This document shows, one piece after another, positions 59,648-64,000 of a DNA stretch of 64,000 bases. The notes below the pieces were generated by a model. The model saw only the letters and a program-made list of their open reading frames with translations. It ran no database searches and had not been told where the DNA came from. Origin of the DNA: Eubacteriales bacterium (GTDB lineage Bacteria > Bacillota > Clostridia > Oscillospirales > CAG-272); contig JAZQWJ010000075.1 in the NCBI GenBank assembly GCA_045632285.1, forward strand, positions 11,445 to 75,444, given 5' to 3'. The translations under genes and the position numbers were made by a program. Within the stretch, counting starts at the first letter, position 1, and each line of letters starts with the position of its first letter.

Positions 59648-60307
59648 ATGAATACCAATATCAATATTGACGAATTAAAGTTTGACGAAAAGGGTCTGAT
59701 CCCCGCCATCGTGGTGGACAGCATCACCAAGCGTGTGCTGACCCTTGCCTATATGAACAAGGAAAGCCTGAAAATTTCTATGGAAAAGGAGCTGACCTGC
59801 TTCTGGAGCCGCTCCCGTCAGGAGCTGTGGCTCAAGGGCGAGACCAGCGGCAACTATCAGCACATCGTATCCATCACTGCCGATTGCGACAAGGACGCAC
59901 TGGTTGTTGTGGTAGAGCCCGACGGCCCCGCTTGCCATCTGGGCACCGCCTCTTGCTTTGAGAACCCCGTGTTCCAAAGCAACGAGCGCCACGAGTTTGC
60001 GCTGCAGGGACTGTACGACCTTCTGGTGGACAGAAACAATACCCGCCCTGAGGGCTCTTATACCACCTACCTCTTTGAAAAGGGCATCGACAAGATCCTG
60101 AAAAAGGTGGGCGAGGAATGCACCGAGGTCATCATTGCGGGCAAGGCAGACGACAAAAAGGAGACCATTTATGAGCTTGCCGATCTTGCCTATCACGCCA
60201 TGGTCCTGATGGTGCAAATGGGCATTTCGGTGGAGGACGTGCACCGCGAGCTTGCCTCCCGCCACATCATCGACCACAAGGTCAAGCAGGAGAAAATGAC
60301 CAAGTAA
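59648..60307 (+). CDS. hisI: bifunctional phosphoribosyl-AMP cyclohydrolase / phosphoribosyl-ATP pyrophosphatase
   Basis: 219 aa from MNTNINIDELKFDEKGLIPAIV. HisI N-terminal half and HisE C-terminal half (YTTYLFEKGIDKILKKVGEE). Confidence 0.92.
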   Translation: MNTNINIDELKFDEKGLIPAIVVDSITKRVLTLAYMNKESLKISMEKELTCFWSRSRQELWLKGETSGNYQHIVSITADCDKDALVVVVEPDGPACHLGTASCFENPVFQSNERHEFALQGLYDLLVDRNNTRPEGSYTTYLFEKGIDKILKKVGEECTEVIIAGKADDKKETIYELADLAYHAMVLMVQMGISVEDVHRELASRHIIDHKVKQEKMTK

Positions 60308-60314
60308 AATACGC

Positions 60315-60344
60315 AAAAAGTCGCACACGTGTGCGACTTTTTTT
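60315..60344 (+). terminator. rho-independent terminator of the his operon
   Basis: Perfect palindrome gtcgcacac/gtgtgcgac followed by ttttttt. Confidence 0.85.
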
Positions 60345-60362
60345 GCGTGTCACTGCGGTCGC

Positions 60363-60391
60363 TTGACATTACGCATAATTTTTGATATAAT
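60363..60391 (+). promoter_or_regulatory. consensus sigma-A promoter of the large surface-protein gene
   Basis: TTGACA at 60363-60368, a 17-nt spacer, and TATAAT at 60386-60391. Confidence 0.7.
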
Positions 60392-60445
60392 ATTTCAGTT
60401 ATTGTCAAATTTACAAGGAAGTCCGATAAATCTAAGGAGAACAAC

Positions 60446-63400
60446 ATGAGAAGAAGTAAGATGTTTGGAAAGTTGCTTTTGGCTTCGCTGCTGATCGCGC
60501 TGTTTGCTGTGCTGCTGACGCTATCGGCAAGCGCGGCAACGCACGAGGTCACCACCGAGGCGGAGCTGATCTCGGCGCTGAACAACGCCGCCGACGGCGA
60601 TACGGTCAATGTGACTAAGGATATTACGCTGACGCAGGCGATCACCTTGGAAAAGGACGTCACCATCGAAAGCACCGGTAAAAAGATCTCCGCCGCTACG
60701 CTGGATGCGCTTTTCTCCGTGAATGCCGATGTGACCTTTATAAATGCTTTTCTTTCCAACACCAAGGCGGGCGCGTGCCTGTTCAAGGCAGGGCAGGGTC
60801 AGAGCGGCTCGGTCCGTATCACCTGCACCGCTACCAGCATCTCGCTGAAGCTGATCGCCTCCAATGTTTTCTATGCAGAGGGCAACGGCAGCCTTTCCGG
60901 CACCTTGGGTATCAGAACTCTTGTAGAAAGCGGCACCACCGCGCGACTCGGCTATTTTGTGGGCAGCTCCACGGGTAGCGTTACGTTGGACGGCGGCGAG
61001 GTCTCCACAAGCGGTAAAAGTCTTGAACTGGCGGGCTCTGCCACGGGTACGTTGACGGTCAACTCCGGTAGCTTGACCTCAAGTAACTGGATCGCTTCTT
61101 TCCCCGACTCCTCCAAGGGTACGTTGAACTATCACGGTGGCACGATCACCGCCGCCACGCACAATGCGGCCATTACGGGCACCGGCACGGCTACCGTTAA
61201 TATGACGGGCGGCACGTTGAGCGCCCCTACCAGCTTCATTTATTGCAACAACACAAGCAGTGTTTCCACTGTTTCCGTTACGGGCGGTACTTACGAGGGC
61301 GGCTATTTTTGCTCTAACAACGGTAAGCTGGACGTGAGTGTTGGCGGCACGGCAAGCGTGACTGTGACAAACGGTTGGGCGTTCCGTTACGATAATGATG
61401 CCACGGGCTCGGTAACCTTGCTGGGTAGCGCGACGGTACACGCCAACTATTCTCACGGCTTTGTGAATACAAGCACCCGAAGTGTCGATTTTACCATCAA
61501 GGAAAATGCAAGCTTTACCTGCACCAACCAGATTGCCGTTTATTACTGCGGCACCTATGGCGAGGGCGTGACCAATCACGTCAACATCCTCGGCGGTAGC
61601 ATCACCGCCGCCAAGGTGGCCGTTTCCTGCGATAACAAGGGCGGCAAGATGGAGATCAAGGTGGAAGGCGGTACCGTCACCTCTACGGGCAGCGATACGA
61701 TAAATTTCCTCGGCTACGGCACCGTGACCCTTGCCGTGAAGGGCGGTGTTTTCAGCGCCTACAACCACGGCTTTTACGTCGGCAATAATTCTACAAGCAA
61801 CGTAAACCTTACTGCAACCTTTGAGGGTGGCTCGTTTACCGCCTCTGTCGGTGACGTGTTGGAGGTGCTGAACAAGGATAGCATCACGGCCAACGTCACC
61901 ATCGCGGACGGCATCTTCCACGGCAAAAACAAGGATCTGACCTATGGCTCTGGCTATCCCGTGCTGATCAACGGTAAAAACAGCACCCTGACTGTTTACG
62001 GCGGCACCTTCCTTGCCGATTACGCCCACGCCGCCATTAGCGCGATGAACAACGCCTCCTGCACGATCTACGGCGGTTATTTCCGCGGAAATGCTCTTTG
62101 CTGCGTTCGTGCGGCAGATAACGGCAAGCTTTATATCTACGGCGGCGAGTATTACTACTCCGGCACCGTTGGATTTGTGGGTCAGCCCGTGCGCTCCGGC
62201 ACAGGCAGTTCGGCGGGCAACGTGCATATTTACGGCGGCAATTTCCGCTCCGACGGCGGCGATGCTGTGTTCCGCTCTGTCAGCTCTACGTCAAGCATCA
62301 CCGTCCACGGCGGCTACAACGCCTTTGGCGGCGGCGCGTTGGTCGGTAACAGCAACACAAGCGGAAGCGGTGGCACGCCCACCACGGGATTTGCCATCGG
62401 CGCTATCACGGCCTCCGACAGCATTCAGATGACCGCAGGTGCGGCTGTCCGCATTGTCGAGGGCTACAACGGCCTGCGCTTTAAGGGCCATATCTCCGCT
62501 GCCTCGCTGGCTTATCTCAACAGCATTGCTGATGCGGGCAGTGTGAAATTCGGAACGCTGATCGCGCCGTTGGACTACGTGCAGCAGGTAGAAGTCTACA
62601 CCAAAGCGCATCTTGATGCCGCAGGACTTGATTATATCGAGCTTCCTGCCCAAAGCGGTCTTGTCGAGATGTTGGACGGTAGCTACGAGATCCGCGCCGC
62701 CATCACCAATATCAAGCCCGAAAACGTAGGGCGCGCCTTTGCGGCGGTCTACTACGTGAGCTACACCGTAAACGGTAAGACCGTGATCAACTACGCCACC
62801 TACCGCGAAACGAAAAATGCCCGTTCTATCGAAAATGTGGCACGCCTTGCTCTGCAGGACGGCCACCGCTATAACGAGGCTCAGCTTTCCGTGCTGAATT
62901 TCTACGCACCCAAGACCGAGGCACCTATTATCGATCTGTACCTGATCGCAGGTCAGTCCAATGCTGCGGGCTCCTCCTATTTTGGCGAGGATTTCCGCGC
63001 GAGCAACCCTGATTTTACAAACGGCTATCCCAACGTTTACTATACCGGCACCGCAACCGCGGGACAGAACTGGGCAAACAAAAACTTTGTCGAGGGCGAG
63101 CTTGTCAAGATCGGCTATGGCGGCGAAAGCTCCAAGATCGGTGCCGAGCTTGGTATGGCTATGGCGCTGTCGAAATACTATAATACAGAAAGTGGCCGCA
63201 CCGCTGCTATCGTGAAATACGGCGCCAGTGGCACCTCTCTGATGGATAGCGTGTCGGGCTACAACGGCCCCGAGGGCAGCTGGACCTCGCCCTCCTGGTT
63301 GGATGCGCACGGCAAGGTGAACGAGCAGAAGTCGGGCGGTCTGTACCGCGCCTTTGTTTTGCAGATTGAAAGCGCCGTTGCCGATTACCGCGCAATGGGC

Positions 63401-64000
63401 TATGATGTCAATATCGTGGCTGCTTATTGGATGCAGGGTGAAAGCGATGTGAATCATCCTGCTTTGTATGCCGAAATGTTTACCGCTTGGGTAGAGGATC
63501 TGCGTGCCGACGTTGCCGATATTACGGGCGACGAGGCCGATGCGCAGCTGCCCGTGCTTGTGGGCGAGATCTCCCGCTCCTTCGACCCCTCTAATGTAGC
63601 CGTTTCCAAGAACGATGCCTTTATTGCGATGCAAAACGCATTGGCCGGCAGCATTAACGATATGTACGTCATTCCTCAGTCCAAGCTGGCCTCCTCTAAT
63701 ACCCGCAGCGACGGCGCACATTGGAGCTGCGACGATATGCTCCTCATCGGTCAGATGGTGGCGACCACCGCGCTGGGCAAGCTTGTTTTGGGCGAGAATG
63801 ATGCCAAATACGAAATGCCGTATCTGACGGGCACGCCCGTGGCCGAGGTCTATGATGCCGTAGGCGCTTTGATCGGCACTTATTCCAGCTTCAGCTGGGC
63901 AATCGGCACCGCTCCCACTGGTGCCACCGTCAAGCTCCTTGGCGATCTTACGCTGTACGGCTCGCTCGGCATCAATAATCCCAACGCCATTACGGTCGAC
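60446..64000 (+). CDS. very large secreted protein: signal peptide + parallel-beta-helix-like repeats + SASA/SGNH-type carbohydrate esterase domain (3' end outside window)
   Basis: Read by hand: 1185 codons with no stop, from ATG 60446 (AAGGAGA RBS) to the window edge. It is absent from the ORF track.
- Signal peptide: MRRSKMFGKLLLASLLIALFAVLLTLSASA.
- Repeats: degenerate GGT/GG-x-(F/Y) repeats about 25-35 aa long.
- Esterase blocks: LIAGQSNAAG, YGASGTSL, WMQGESD and DGAHW. Confidence 0.8.
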   Translation, partial: MRRSKMFGKLLLASLLIALFAVLLTLSASAATHEVTTEAELISALNNAADGDTVNVTKDITLTQAITLEKDVTIESTGKKISAATLDALFSVNADVTFINAFLSNTKAGACLFKAGQGQSGSVRITCTATSISLKLIASNVFYAEGNGSLSGTLGIRTLVESGTTARLGYFVGSSTGSVTLDGGEVSTSGKSLELAGSATGTLTVNSGSLTSSNWIASFPDSSKGTLNYHGGTITAATHNAAITGTGTATVNMTGGTLSAPTSFIYCNNTSSVSTVSVTGGTYEGGYFCSNNGKLDVSVGGTASVTVTNGWAFRYDNDATGSVTLLGSATVHANYSHGFVNTSTRSVDFTIKENASFTCTNQIAVYYCGTYGEGVTNHVNILGGSITAAKVAVSCDNKGGKMEIKVEGGTVTSTGSDTINFLGYGTVTLAVKGGVFSAYNHGFYVGNNSTSNVNLTATFEGGSFTASVGDVLEVLNKDSITANVTIADGIFHGKNKDLTYGSGYPVLINGKNSTLTVYGGTFLADYAHAAISAMNNASCTIYGGYFRGNALCCVRAADNGKLYIYGGEYYYSGTVGFVGQPVRSGTGSSAGNVHIYGGNFRSDGGDAVFRSVSSTSSITVHGGYNAFGGGALVGNSNTSGSGGTPTTGFAIGAITASDSIQMTAGAAVRIVEGYNGLRFKGHISAASLAYLNSIADAGSVKFGTLIAPLDYVQQVEVYTKAHLDAAGLDYIELPAQSGLVEMLDGSYEIRAAITNIKPENVGRAFAAVYYVSYTVNGKTVINYATYRETKNARSIENVARLALQDGHRYNEAQLSVLNFYAPKTEAPIIDLYLIAGQSNAAGSSYFGEDFRASNPDFTNGYPNVYYTGTATAGQNWANKNFVEGELVKIGYGGESSKIGAELGMAMALSKYYNTESGRTAAIVKYGASGTSLMDSVSGYNGPEGSWTSPSWLDAHGKVNEQKSGGLYRAFVLQIESAVADYRAMGYDVNIVAAYWMQGESDVNHPALYAEMFTAWVEDLRADVADITGDEADAQLPVLVGEISRSFDPSNVAVSKNDAFIAMQNALAGSINDMYVIPQSKLASSNTRSDGAHWSCDDMLLIGQMVATTALGKLVLGENDAKYEMPYLTGTPVAEVYDAVGALIGTYSSFSWAIGTAPTGATVKLLGDLTLYGSLGINNPNAITVD

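Overview
This is a moderately GC-rich, Firmicutes/Clostridia-type chromosomal segment. The assignment rests on gene content, sigma-A-like TTGACA/TATAAT promoters, a T-box leader and rho-independent terminators; an Oscillospiraceae-like origin is only a guess. I found no rRNA, tRNA, CRISPR array, transposase, integrase or prophage module.

Layout:
- 1-4.1 kb: nadD'-yqeK-rsfS-leuS, then rpsU.
- 4.1-37.5 kb: mixed-strand housekeeping and accessory genes. These include a DUF368 membrane protein, a GH127-like hydrolase, an FkbM methyltransferase, HIT and aspartate kinase, a PHP protein with an ABC exporter, DUF1015, and a hisS / DJ-1 / 5-FTHF cyclo-ligase / CPBP operon. Also here are AraC with GH38, an HD / membrane / unknown 3-gene cassette, degV, AraC with xylB-GH3, metF-metH-MFS, an unknown membrane protein and glycerate kinase.
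- 37.6-52.4 kb: one long plus-strand branched-chain amino acid supra-operon behind a Leu-type T-box leader (leuA-ilvB-ilvN-ilvC-ilvD-X-leuC-leuD-leuB-Y-ilvA-ridA-ilvE). X and Y are two non-pathway passenger genes.
- 52.5-60.3 kb: yerC-like regulator plus hisZGDCBHAF(IE).
- 60.4 kb to the window end: a very large secreted beta-helix/SASA-esterase protein whose ORF is open at the edge.

The supplied ORF track misses three things I read directly: rpsU (58 aa), the nadD 3' fragment, and the >1185-codon edge-open ORF starting at 60446. Many long antisense ORFs in the track are GC-driven shadow frames.

I did not find an unambiguous novel system. The best candidates for a second look are:
- a mosaic structured intergenic repeat present twice (after leuS, and splitting ilvC from ilvD);
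- a translationally coupled HD/membrane/unknown cassette;
- a pair of FabT-like palindromic operators bracketing the degV promoter;
- the two passenger genes inside the BCAA operon;
- the giant surface protein.
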